DNA from: Thiotrichaceae bacterium UBA5859
GTDB lineage: Bacteria; Pseudomonadota; Gammaproteobacteria; UBA5859
Length of the DNA: 64,000 nt
Direction of reading: 5' to 3'
Assembly (NCBI GenBank): GCA_002432655.1
Contig: DJFZ01000018.1
Coordinates: 40,391-104,390, forward strand
Shown: one piece after another, positions 49,417-58,204 of the stretch
Layout: every line of letters starts with the position of its first letter
How positions within the stretch are numbered: the first letter of the stretch is position 1
The notes under the pieces: generated by a model
Seen by the model: the letters and a program-made list of their open reading frames with translations, nothing else
Told to the model about the DNA's origin: nothing
Databases searched by the model: none
Position numbers and translations under genes: made by a program

Positions 49417-50187
49417 ATGATACTAGAAAACAAAGTGGCCCTCATTACCGGAGCCGCATCAGGTTTGGGCTTAGCCACTACTGCTGCATTTATTAAACAA
49501 GGCGGTAAGGTATTGATGGTGGATCGCAATGAAGCGGCTTTAGCTCAGGCATCTCAACCATTCACTGACCAGGCGTTGCCTGCTGTGGTGGATGTCACCG
49601 ATGAAAAAAGTGTTTCGGAGGCTGTCGCTGCTGCATGTAAACAATGGGGCGCGCTCCATATTGCGGTGAATTGTGCGGGTGTGGGTATGGCTGGACGTAC
49701 CTTGGGCAAAACTGGGCCTTTTTCATTATCGGTTTTTAAACAGGTAATAGAGATTAATTTAGTTGGTACATTTAATGTGTTACGTCTGGCTGCGGAGGCA
49801 ATGGTGCAAAACGATCCGGCAGACAATCAAGGGGAGAGGGGTGTGATCATCAATACTGCTTCAGTCGCTGCGTTTGAAGGGCAGATTGGGCAGGCGGCAT
49901 ATAGTGCTTCGAAAGCTGGGGTAGTGGGTATGACCTTACCTGTGGCTAGAGATCTGGCGCGTGACCAGATCCGCGTAAATACCATTGCACCCGGTGTATT
50001 CAATACACCTTTAATGAACATGGCGCCAGAGCCGATGCGTGCGAGACTGGCAGAGCAGACAGTCTTTCCAGAGCGGTTGGGTGAACCTGAAGAATACGCC
50101 GCATTAGCGGTTCATATGGTGGAAAATAGTTATTTGAACGGGGAGACAGTGCGTTTGGATGCTGGGATCCGTATGGCTGCCAAATAG
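49417..50187 (+). CDS. short-chain dehydrogenase/reductase (3-hydroxyacyl-CoA dehydrogenase type-2-like)
   Basis: The TGAASGLG Rossmann motif and a YSASK catalytic Tyr/Lys are present. The ATG at 49417 is preceded by GGGAGA. The ORF list starts at 49387. Confidence 0.8.
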   Translation: MILENKVALITGAASGLGLATTAAFIKQGGKVLMVDRNEAALAQASQPFTDQALPAVVDVTDEKSVSEAVAAACKQWGALHIAVNCAGVGMAGRTLGKTGPFSLSVFKQVIEINLVGTFNVLRLAAEAMVQNDPADNQGERGVIINTASVAAFEGQIGQAAYSASKAGVVGMTLPVARDLARDQIRVNTIAPGVFNTPLMNMAPEPMRARLAEQTVFPERLGEPEEYAALAVHMVENSYLNGETVRLDAGIRMAAK

Positions 50188-50217
50188 CGCACGTACCAGA
50201 GCGAGCTAATCAACGGG

Positions 50218-51063
50218 ATGTCAGAATACAGTGAGAATCAATGGGGGGATCGGATTGGCGCAAAGATCCAAGATCTGGGTACAGAGAAAGTATCTATCTA
50301 TTTGCCTTACGATGACAAAAATCTGAATGCCGATGCAGGCGTGGTGCATGGTGGCGTGCAGGCGAGCCTGATGCATGATGCGGGTTGGCAATTGGCGAAC
50401 TTGATGACGCAAGATCTCAACCCTGACGTAGCGCTATGCTTACTTGATGGACAACTGAATTACCTCAGCGCAGCAAAGGAAGTGGATTTAATTTGTGAAG
50501 CGACTTTACTAAAACAGACCAGGCAAATGAGTTTTGTGCAAGCGACAGTCAAGACTGTAACAGATAAGTTAATCTCTCAAGGTCATTGGGTGTATGCTCA
50601 AATGCCAAAAAGTGTCATCAAGCAGCCTCAGAAATCTACCCTATTAAATTCATTGATCTCGGCAGATTACGGTGGCCACAAGTTGCTAGATATTTTTAAT
50701 AATAATATCGCAAAACGAAATCAGGGAATGTTTATAGAGTCTTTGGGAGACGGTAAGTGCCGTATTAGATTAAAAAATCAATTTCCTCATCAAGATCAAC
50801 AGCAGAATTTGGCAGTTGGTGTTCAGTATTATGTCGCAGATAATGCGGCGGTGTACGCCACCTTTTCCTCAATGGAGCGAATTGGCAGAATGGCCACCAC
50901 AGATCTTAAACTCACTTTCTGTACCCTTGGTGTGACAGAGGATTTATTGTTCATTGGCCAGGTCGTCTCTCAAGCTGGTCAGGCATATCAATGTAGTGTT
51001 CACTTGGTGGGGGCTGAGAGCGGTTTAATCTCGGCGTTTGGCAGTGCTACGCTCTGGACTTAA
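50218..51063 (+). CDS. hotdog-fold thioesterase-like protein (PaaI-type, two domains)
   Basis: The first domain has a VVHGGV motif. The 281-aa length is consistent with a duplicated hotdog fold. Confidence 0.45.
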   Translation: MSEYSENQWGDRIGAKIQDLGTEKVSIYLPYDDKNLNADAGVVHGGVQASLMHDAGWQLANLMTQDLNPDVALCLLDGQLNYLSAAKEVDLICEATLLKQTRQMSFVQATVKTVTDKLISQGHWVYAQMPKSVIKQPQKSTLLNSLISADYGGHKLLDIFNNNIAKRNQGMFIESLGDGKCRIRLKNQFPHQDQQQNLAVGVQYYVADNAAVYATFSSMERIGRMATTDLKLTFCTLGVTEDLLFIGQVVSQAGQAYQCSVHLVGAESGLISAFGSATLWT

Positions 51064-51095
51064 ACAACAGAGTGCGTTGTTAACGGATGATGCAA

Positions 51096-51911
51096 TTAAT
51101 CTCCTGATAAAAATTGGTCAATAGCCTTAAATGAGCGTTTCGGCTCCATGATCCAAAATTGATGTCCCGCATCTTTTAATTCTAAGAATTGACTATCGGG
51201 AAGCTTCTCTGCAATGAGTTTCCCGTTTTGAAATGGAATTAATTGGTCGGCGTCGCCATGTATGACGAGACATCGATTCTTAACAGTGGATAATTGATGT
51301 GCCACATCGAATTGTAAGATGCCCATTAACTGGGCGCGTATCCCCCTGGCGGGACGGCGAAAAGAGCTACCATTTGTTATTAATTGTTGCCAGTCTTGCG
51401 GATTGTTTTGAATCCATTTTTTGGTGACGTTTATTGCTGCCATCTTTTCTACGATGGCTTTTTTACTGTCGTTTCGATTTGATTGGAAGGCGAGAAAAGC
51501 TTCGGCATCAGGTAATATTTGCGACGATCCGCCGTGGTGAGTGCAGCCCAATATGGCGCGGTCGAACTGGTTTCCGGCAGTAATTAACAAGTGCTGAGCA
51601 ATCATACCGCCCATACTGATACCCATCAGATGGCTCTTTCGCCAACCGATGTGCCGGATCAAGGCGAGCGTATCTTCAGCCATCTGCGCAATGGTATAGG
51701 GGCCTTCAGGAACGTTGCTTTCTCCGATACCACGATTGTCAAAAATTAAGATCGGACGATTCTGCGCCAGATCTGCAGCTAAAGGGTGCCAATCTTCTTT
51801 TACTCCGGAAAGACCCATGACCATCACTAAAGGAACTCCGGGGTGGTCGCGATTTAGAATTTGATAGGCCTGCTTGAAGTGTGGCGAATTGTAGTATTGA
51901 GTTGTCATCAT
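51096..51911 (-). CDS. alpha/beta hydrolase fold protein
   Basis: HLMGISMGG nucleophile elbow, C-terminal His and Asp are present. Confidence 0.75.
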   Translation of the reverse strand: MMTTQYYNSPHFKQAYQILNRDHPGVPLVMVMGLSGVKEDWHPLAADLAQNRPILIFDNRGIGESNVPEGPYTIAQMAEDTLALIRHIGWRKSHLMGISMGGMIAQHLLITAGNQFDRAILGCTHHGGSSQILPDAEAFLAFQSNRNDSKKAIVEKMAAINVTKKWIQNNPQDWQQLITNGSSFRRPARGIRAQLMGILQFDVAHQLSTVKNRCLVIHGDADQLIPFQNGKLIAEKLPDSQFLELKDAGHQFWIMEPKRSFKAIDQFLSGD

Positions 51912-52057
51912 ATTCGTCGGAGGTAAAGTTGGGGGGAGTATTTTACCGGTTTTGAAAATGAATTTACTTTATAAGGATAATTGATAGAAATATTAATAAA
52001 AACTAATACGAATTCTATAAAACCGGACGACATATTAATTAATCGATTACATCGAAA

Positions 52058-52237
52058 ATGGAGAGCGCTGTGAGAACGTTCAAAAAATTCATGACCACTT
52101 TTGCTTTAGTTTCCTGTTTATTTCTGTCCGGCTGTGCTGAGTTGGGCTTAACGGATCTCTGGGATACCGCTTTTAGCGCCTCCTTTGAGTCGGAAAGCTG
52201 TACCTTTTTCTTCGTGGATTGGTGCGATTTGTTCTAG
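52058..52237 (+). CDS. putative small lipoprotein (59 aa), not in the supplied ORF track
   Basis: A signal peptide with lipobox LSGC is followed by a short Cys/Trp-containing tail. A terminator follows. The RBS is weak. Confidence 0.3.
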   Translation: MESAVRTFKKFMTTFALVSCLFLSGCAELGLTDLWDTAFSASFESESCTFFFVDWCDLF

Positions 52238-52292
52238 CATCGGGAGATGTCGCCCATGCTTAGTCTAATAGAGGGTGAGACAAATAAAATGG

Positions 52293-52319
52293 AAGCGGTC
52301 TGAAGCCGCTTTTATTTTT
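52293..52319 (+). terminator. rho-independent terminator (AAGCGG-loop-CCGCTT plus TTATTTTT), flanked by an A-run on the other side
   Basis: A 6-bp stem with a 7-nt loop and a T-run. It lies between the small lipoprotein ORF and the convergent GGDEF gene. Confidence 0.55.
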
Positions 52320-52357
52320 CACCTTAAATCATATTCTTGGCTCTTGAGTGTAAGTGA

Positions 52358-53488
52358 TTACGCACTTATCACACAGTTGCGACCGGCATCTTTTGCCGCA
52401 TACAGCGCCTGATCGGCTCGTTTAATTAATTCATCTGCAGATTCCCCTGGCTCTAAAGACGCATAGCCAATAGAGCAGGTGATTTGGATCAGGTGATCTT
52501 CATGTTCAACTTGCATCTCCTTAACTTTTTTTAATACAGTTTGTGCTAATTTGGTTGCAGACTCTTCCGGCACGTCAAAAACAATCACTGCGAACTCCTC
52601 TCCACCAAAGCGGGACAAAAAGTCAGATTTGCGCGGTAAAGCGCGCGTCAACTGATTCGCAGTAGCGGCGAGTAATGCGTCTCCCGCAGGGTGCCCATAG
52701 CAATCGTTGATAGATTTGAAATGATCCAAGTCAATCATCATTAAGGTGAGTTGACGACCGGAGAGTTCGGCTAAATCTACATGACGATTTAAAGCGGCAT
52801 CAAAAGCTCGGCGGTTATAGAGTTGAGTGAGCTTGTCTATTTCGGCATCACGTCTTGTTGCTACTAATTCGCGACGCATCTTGCTTACCAAACTGGTCAT
52901 GGTATTGAGTTCACTATCGAACTGTTTGCGCTGTTCGTCGAGAGCAGCGCGAATGTTGACCACTACGGGTTTTATCGCTTTTTGTAATTTTTCTACTGAA
53001 TTATTTTCCATGGCACTTTCCAGATCCACTAAGCCTTTTTGGATCCTGCCCTCTGATGAATATCCGGTTTGCGACATGGTGCGCAAACCATGGACGAGTT
53101 CCCAAACGACCGATTTCAATGCGTCTGATTGGTTTTCGAACGAATCCCGTTCTAATTTTCGTCTAGCACGAATGAATTTTTCCAAGCCGTCCCATTCGCG
53201 TTCGCGTTCGTTCAGTTGCGGGGCGGAGAGGCTGGATATCTGGGGCTCTTCTTTTTTCTTACGGGTGATGCCGGTGAGAATATGTTGCGCCCAGTCTTTA
53301 CTTTGGCGTTTAAATGTACCTGCATCTTGATCCTCTATGTCAAAGGCATCATTGGCAAAAATATCGAGTACTTGAGCCATTGCGGCCAGACTTTGGGCGG
53401 CTAACCTACTAATGTGACTGGCATTACCTTCAACTTTAATTGAGGTGATGGGGTTTGGGGTTCGGCGTCTAAAAGAAAACCAAGCCAT
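52358..53488 (-). CDS. diguanylate cyclase (GGDEF) with an N-terminal coiled-coil/unknown sensor domain
   Basis: GGEEF active-site RFGGEEFAV and an RxxD I-site are present. The long charged helical N-terminal region has no TM helix. Confidence 0.85.
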   Translation of the reverse strand: MAWFSFRRRTPNPITSIKVEGNASHISRLAAQSLAAMAQVLDIFANDAFDIEDQDAGTFKRQSKDWAQHILTGITRKKKEEPQISSLSAPQLNEREREWDGLEKFIRARRKLERDSFENQSDALKSVVWELVHGLRTMSQTGYSSEGRIQKGLVDLESAMENNSVEKLQKAIKPVVVNIRAALDEQRKQFDSELNTMTSLVSKMRRELVATRRDAEIDKLTQLYNRRAFDAALNRHVDLAELSGRQLTLMMIDLDHFKSINDCYGHPAGDALLAATANQLTRALPRKSDFLSRFGGEEFAVIVFDVPEESATKLAQTVLKKVKEMQVEHEDHLIQITCSIGYASLEPGESADELIKRADQALYAAKDAGRNCVISA

Positions 53489-53564
53489 AGCAATCCATAG
53501 ATTTGATTATCAATTTAAGGAGGATCTAAACTAATATCTGACGTTGGCGCGGGAAACTTGAGTG

Positions 53565-53984
53565 TTATGGAACTGACGCCTGTTTTTCGAAACAGATAGT
53601 CAGGACACCATCTTGAAACCAACGGTTATAGATGTCCTCTTCTATCCCAATAGGTAATTTGAAGGTGCGTTGAAACTGGCCATGAGAGGATTCTCGGCGC
53701 ACTGTGCTGAGTTTGCCCAATTCTGGATATTCGCTTTTATTGCCACTGACAATTAAGATTCCATTGCGAACGTCAGTACAGATGTCGCTGAATTCGATTC
53801 CGGGCAATTCGATAGATATTAAGTAGATCTCTTCATTTTCCCAAATGTCGGATAGGGGTAGCCAGGATGAGATAATGTTTTTGCCAAACACCTTTTCACG
53901 CTGACGGCGGAGCACTGCAAGCCTTTGTTTTATTTCGGTTAAATCGACATTATTTGGATTGTAGATATTTGCCACTGCACTCAT
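53565..53984 (-). CDS. Hsp20/alpha-crystallin family small heat shock protein
   Basis: The alpha-crystallin domain pattern is present (DIWENEEIYLISIELPGIEFSDI...GILIVSG...ESSHGQFQRTFKLP...GVLTI). Confidence 0.65.
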   Translation of the reverse strand: MSAVANIYNPNNVDLTEIKQRLAVLRRQREKVFGKNIISSWLPLSDIWENEEIYLISIELPGIEFSDICTDVRNGILIVSGNKSEYPELGKLSTVRRESSHGQFQRTFKLPIGIEEDIYNRWFQDGVLTICFEKQASVP

Positions 53985-54034
53985 AGCTTTTTTTGCGAAC
54001 GTAGTAATTTATATAATGTTTAAGGGTACAATCC

Positions 54035-54048
54035 ATTGATCTGTGTCA
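54035..54048. promoter_or_regulatory. FNR box TTGATCTGTGTCAA (13/14 match to TTGAT-N4-ATCAA) in the hsp20/fnr divergent intergenic region
   Basis: It is a near-consensus FNR palindrome about 90 nt upstream of the fnr start. This is consistent with the autoregulation known for E. coli fnr. Confidence 0.5.
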
Positions 54049-54135
54049 ACCAGAACCCATGATAGAATATCAAATCAGCAGCCGGCCCGAATTGCATAGG
54101 ATTTAGGCCAGTTACTCAACAAAGATGGGGTATTT

Positions 54136-54879
54136 ATGATGTCTGATATGTCGAGCCCTTTAGACATGGAACGTGTTCGACAAGCGTGTCGTTCCTGCTC
54201 AGTTTCTCAACTCTGTTTACCGGCTGGATTAGAAGCATCAGAGTTAGATCGTTTGGAATCTGCGTTAGAGAAAAAAATGACACTTCACCGGGGGGAGTCT
54301 CTTTATACCGTAGGTGATCCGTTGGAATCATTATTTGCCGTGCGCTCTGGTTGCATGAAAACTTCTGTTTTGGGTTCGGATGGTGTGGAGCAGATAATCG
54401 GATTTGCTTTACCAGGCGAACTCCTAGGTTTAGACGCTTTAAGTGTAGAGCGACATCAGTGCACAGCAGTGGCGCTGGATACCACCGCAATTTGTGTTTT
54501 ACCCTTCGCCCGAATCGAAGATTTGGCTGCCGAATTGCCCTCACTGAATCGTCAACTGTTGAGGATCATGGGGTCAGAAATTAGTCGAGAACAGGATTTG
54601 TTATCGCTACTGGCGAACAAACGTGCATCTGAGCGATTAGCGTCCTTTCTAGATAACCTATCTAAAAGATTCAGTGACCGTGGGTATTCCGGGCGGGATT
54701 TTCGACTCTATATGTCGAGACAAGAGATGGCTAACTATTTAGGCATGACAATAGAAACTGTGAGTCGCACCTTATCAGCTTGGCAACGGGAGGGGCTTAT
54801 TCATATCGAATCTAAAGCGCTCAGTATTCTCGATCCAGAAGGTCTCAGGGCCATTGCCGGTAATTGCGTAGCGGGCTAA
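54136..54879 (+). CDS. fnr: FNR/ANR oxygen-sensing Crp-family transcriptional regulator
   Basis: The N-terminal Cys cluster (CRSCSVSQLC plus an internal Cys) is present. cNMP-like domain is present. C-terminal helix-turn-helix ETVSR is collinear with E. coli FNR. Confidence 0.9.
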   Translation: MMSDMSSPLDMERVRQACRSCSVSQLCLPAGLEASELDRLESALEKKMTLHRGESLYTVGDPLESLFAVRSGCMKTSVLGSDGVEQIIGFALPGELLGLDALSVERHQCTAVALDTTAICVLPFARIEDLAAELPSLNRQLLRIMGSEISREQDLLSLLANKRASERLASFLDNLSKRFSDRGYSGRDFRLYMSRQEMANYLGMTIETVSRTLSAWQREGLIHIESKALSILDPEGLRAIAGNCVAG

Positions 54880-55028
54880 ATTAAATCCCCTTAAAGAGGG
54901 GTTCTCAAAGTGGGCCATATTTCAAGTTCGATGTCAGCGGTTAAAATTCGATGAACCAAAGTAGCTCTCAAATCGCATTGCCCTTTACTCTTTTCCCTGG
55001 TTAATGAGTACGGTCAATTGATGTTTCT

Positions 55029-55469
55029 TTAACTCTCTTGTTGTGCCGGTTTAACGGTCAAGACGGGACAACTGGCGGCACGAACGACCCGCTCTGCGGT
55101 ACTACCTAACATAAAATGGTTCAGTCCGCGGTGACCATGAGTGGCCATGACAATCATATCTACGCTATTCTCTTCCGCATACTGAATAATGGCTTCATGG
55201 GCGTGACCGTAGACTACTTCAGTTTTTACGTTTGTTGCCTCTAATCGTCCAGATTTTGTCAGCTCACGAAATCGCTCTTCCGCATATTCTTTCTGTTTTT
55301 CTTCGTAAGGCCAAACGCTATAGAGTTCGGCCGGGGCGATAATGGGTTCTACCACGTAGAGTGCGTCAAATGAGACATCTGTCCCTTGGAATAGATCCAC
55401 CGCTTGATCCCAGCCTTGTAATGCGCAATCGGAAAAATCGATGGGTACCAATACACGTTTTATTTTCAT
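55029..55469 (-). CDS. universal stress protein UspA family
   Basis: It is a single 146-aa Usp domain with the ATP-binding-type motif GSTAERV at the C-terminus. Confidence 0.8.
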   Translation of the reverse strand: MKIKRVLVPIDFSDCALQGWDQAVDLFQGTDVSFDALYVVEPIIAPAELYSVWPYEEKQKEYAEERFRELTKSGRLEATNVKTEVVYGHAHEAIIQYAEENSVDMIVMATHGHRGLNHFMLGSTAERVVRAASCPVLTVKPAQQES

Positions 55470-55623
55470 CAGTCACCTCAGAACAGTTGTTTCTCCTTTA
55501 GGAAGATCTATTTTCACTGATTTTATTCTCAGCGCCAAGTTGTGATAGTTAAAAAAGAGTTGGAGAAACGAAATTGGTGTATAGTCGTGGAAGTATTAGG
55601 AAGCATAATCCGGAACCATACCT

Positions 55624-56646
55624 ATGGAACTAATCGAAGTCACGGAGTTGCTAGGAGACGGAATTTCACCAGAACTCAACCAAGCAGTGAAGCGGGTGGC
55701 CGAGGTCATTCCGCTGGAATTCAAATTCCATTCTATCGATTGGAGCTTACCGAATCGAGAACAGTTGGGTGAGGCGGCAATCGATCTGGCTGAGGAGTCA
55801 TTGCGCCGTACGAAGTTGGCACTAAAGTATCCCACTACGACAAAACTAGCTAGTCCCAATGCGGCTATCCGACGTCGTTGTGGTTTCAGTGTGATTTACC
55901 GACCCGCTATTTCCATTCGCGGCATAGATTCCAACTTTAAAGAAAATGTAAACTTACATATTGTGCGTGTGGCAGTGGGCGGAACATACGATGATCCTGG
56001 TCAGCTGATTGGTAAGGACGCTGCAGTGTCATTGAGAATGGTGGAACGTGAACCTTGCGCACAAGCTGCGGTATTCGCTTTTGAGTTGGCGAGGAAAAAA
56101 GGGCTTTCCGTCACCACCGCCAGTAAACATACCATCCAAAGGGTGACCGATGGTTTGTTCGAGTCGGTTGTGAAGGATGTTCATCGCGATTTCGCCGATG
56201 TGAATCTTCATCAAGAACTTTTTGATGCGCTCTTAGCGAAGATTATTATTCGCCCCGAAGATTACGAAATAGTACTCGTTTTAAATGAATACGGTGATTT
56301 TCTTTCCGATATGGCGAGTGGGTTGGTGGGCAGCATCGGTACAGGTGCCAGCGGAAACTACGCCTTCGACTCTAACCGTCAAGTCAGTCTGGCAATGTTT
56401 GATCCCGCAGGTGGTACTGCCCCGGATATCGCAGGTAAAAACATTTGTAATCCAACCGCTATGTTGCTGTCTTTCGGAATGCTACTTGACCATATAAATC
56501 ATTATCAATACGGGCATGCTTTAAGGTTATCGCTATTGCATTCATTGAGGCATAATGAATGCACAGCGGACTTAGGCGGGACATTGAGCACCACAGACTT
56601 CGTTGACAATATTGCTAACAAGTTGAGTAAAAAACTGCTCAAATAA
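55624..56646 (+). CDS. isocitrate/isopropylmalate dehydrogenase-family protein, divergent
   Basis: Family motifs are present (GDGISPEL; NEYGDFLSDMASGLVGSIG; GGTAPDIAGKNICNPTAMLLS). The canonical R.ENTEGEY substrate motif is replaced by RVAVGGTYD. Confidence 0.6.
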   Translation: MELIEVTELLGDGISPELNQAVKRVAEVIPLEFKFHSIDWSLPNREQLGEAAIDLAEESLRRTKLALKYPTTTKLASPNAAIRRRCGFSVIYRPAISIRGIDSNFKENVNLHIVRVAVGGTYDDPGQLIGKDAAVSLRMVEREPCAQAAVFAFELARKKGLSVTTASKHTIQRVTDGLFESVVKDVHRDFADVNLHQELFDALLAKIIIRPEDYEIVLVLNEYGDFLSDMASGLVGSIGTGASGNYAFDSNRQVSLAMFDPAGGTAPDIAGKNICNPTAMLLSFGMLLDHINHYQYGHALRLSLLHSLRHNECTADLGGTLSTTDFVDNIANKLSKKLLK

Positions 56647-56750
56647 TCAGATGACTAGCCAAATACAGTGTGCATGTTGTGCTGAATGTCAACGATTAGG
56701 ATCACACTATTATTTTAATCGGGAATGGATCCTTAAATCGCTCCCCTAGT

Positions 56751-56969
56751 CTATGGTAGTACTAACTCGTCTAGCTCTCGCACATTGCCATCATAGACCT
56801 GGTTGCCGTTAACAGTCACTGTACCGAATGTGCCTCCGGTGACGGGCACGGCGACGAAACCAGAGCGATCTGTGAGGGCAGACGCATTGCCTCCTTCATG
56901 AATATGGACGGTTACTTTCGCTTTCTTTACAGGCTTTTTATTGCCATCTACTATTTTAAAAACTAACAT
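56751..56969 (-). CDS. hypothetical small Gly/Val-rich beta-type protein (72 aa)
   Basis: The ORF has a good terminal context, but I recognise no family. Confidence 0.3.
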   Translation of the reverse strand: MLVFKIVDGNKKPVKKAKVTVHIHEGGNASALTDRSGFVAVPVTGGTFGTVTVNGNQVYDGNVRELDELVLP

Positions 56970-57100
56970 GATGTTCTCCTCCTAAAGTTGATGACTTAAA
57001 TCATGCTGCCACTTCTAGTGTGTTTTTAGCACGATCTCCAGTTTGGTAGTTTGTGATGTCCATATTGTAGCGAATTTTATTCATCCCGGTTCATGCTCTA

Positions 57101-58030
57101 TCAGGCCGCTGTGGCTTGCGAGGGAAAATAGAGCTCGCCCTGGCTGGCCAGCACTGCCGCACCACCCAATCGTACCTGTAGGGTCTTGCCCACCTTCTTG
57201 TCCAACTCAACCAGGATCACACTTTCGCGTTTGGGTGCTTGTCCGCGTACGATACAAAAGGTGTGTGTGCCCGCGGGCAAATCCCGATGATCTGCCAAAT
57301 AGGCAGCGAAAGCGGGCAATGCGCTACCGATCGGGGGATCTTCGCTTTGACCAATCAGCGGTCCCATTAAGCGAGCGGCGAAATTGGCTTGGGCATGGCC
57401 TGTTTTCGGGGTAAATAGTAAAATCTCCTGGGCTAAGGTGGAAGGCGCTGATGATTGACTCCAAGCCGCTCCATCAAATCTAGCCGTATTGAGCAGCTCT
57501 TGATGACGAACTGGCACAATCAGGTAGGGTTGATCACAGGCTACTAAGCGTGGGCTGTACGCTTTTACATCTAGTGCCTGAGGGGGTAGGCTAAGTAATG
57601 CTGCAAGTTCTGTATCTTCAGGAACAAATCTTTCGATAATAGGTGCAACTTCCACTGCGAATTGTATCAATTGTGTGTCGGCATTCGGTTTCACTCGCAC
57701 TGAGACAGGTCTGGAGGTCATGCCAAAAATGCATTCTCCTAGACCTTCTCTGTTGGGCAATTTGTCCAAATGATGCAATACTTTTGCGGCCGCCAAAACG
57801 GGATGCCCTGCGAAGTGTAGCTCTTCACGGGGAGAGAATATCCGTAAATAAAAGTCTTCAGCGTTACTTCGCGAAGGTAGGATAAACACCGTTTCTGATA
57901 GGTTAAGTTCTTCAGCGATTACCTGCATCGATTGCTCTGAAAGAGACTCTGCTTCTGGGAATACTGCGATTTGCGCCCCGCTAAAAAGCCTATCGGTGAA
58001 TACGTCTACCGTATAAAAAGATTGCCCCAC
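57101..58030 (-). CDS. PhzF-family isomerase-like protein
   Basis: The N-terminus has a PhzF signature (YTVDVFTDRLFSGAQIAVFP). The 309-aa two-domain DapF-like fold length fits. Confidence 0.75.
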   Translation of the reverse strand: MGQSFYTVDVFTDRLFSGAQIAVFPEAESLSEQSMQVIAEELNLSETVFILPSRSNAEDFYLRIFSPREELHFAGHPVLAAAKVLHHLDKLPNREGLGECIFGMTSRPVSVRVKPNADTQLIQFAVEVAPIIERFVPEDTELAALLSLPPQALDVKAYSPRLVACDQPYLIVPVRHQELLNTARFDGAAWSQSSAPSTLAQEILLFTPKTGHAQANFAARLMGPLIGQSEDPPIGSALPAFAAYLADHRDLPAGTHTFCIVRGQAPKRESVILVELDKKVGKTLQVRLGGAAVLASQGELYFPSQATAA

Positions 58031-58204
58031 GAATATTGCCCCCTTACAAAAACGCCAGTTCAGATTGATTAGGATACCAGAAACTTTGACTCATATTTCA
58101 TGGTTGAAGCAAACTCGGTGTGACTTGCGTCAAGTATTGATAAAATAATCCAATTTGGCTTATTAAAGAGTGTTTTTGTAGCCTAATCACGTCAGGTCTA
58201 GTCA

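Noticed and set aside
53495-53510. TTGATTATCAA palindrome downstream of the GGDEF gene
   Set aside because: The spacer is 1 nt rather than 4, so it is not an FNR/CRP-type site.
55542-55859. ORFs 55542..55772 (+) and 55596..55859 (-) at the start of the IDH-family gene
   Set aside because: They overlap the well-supported 55624..56646 coding region and have no family resemblance.
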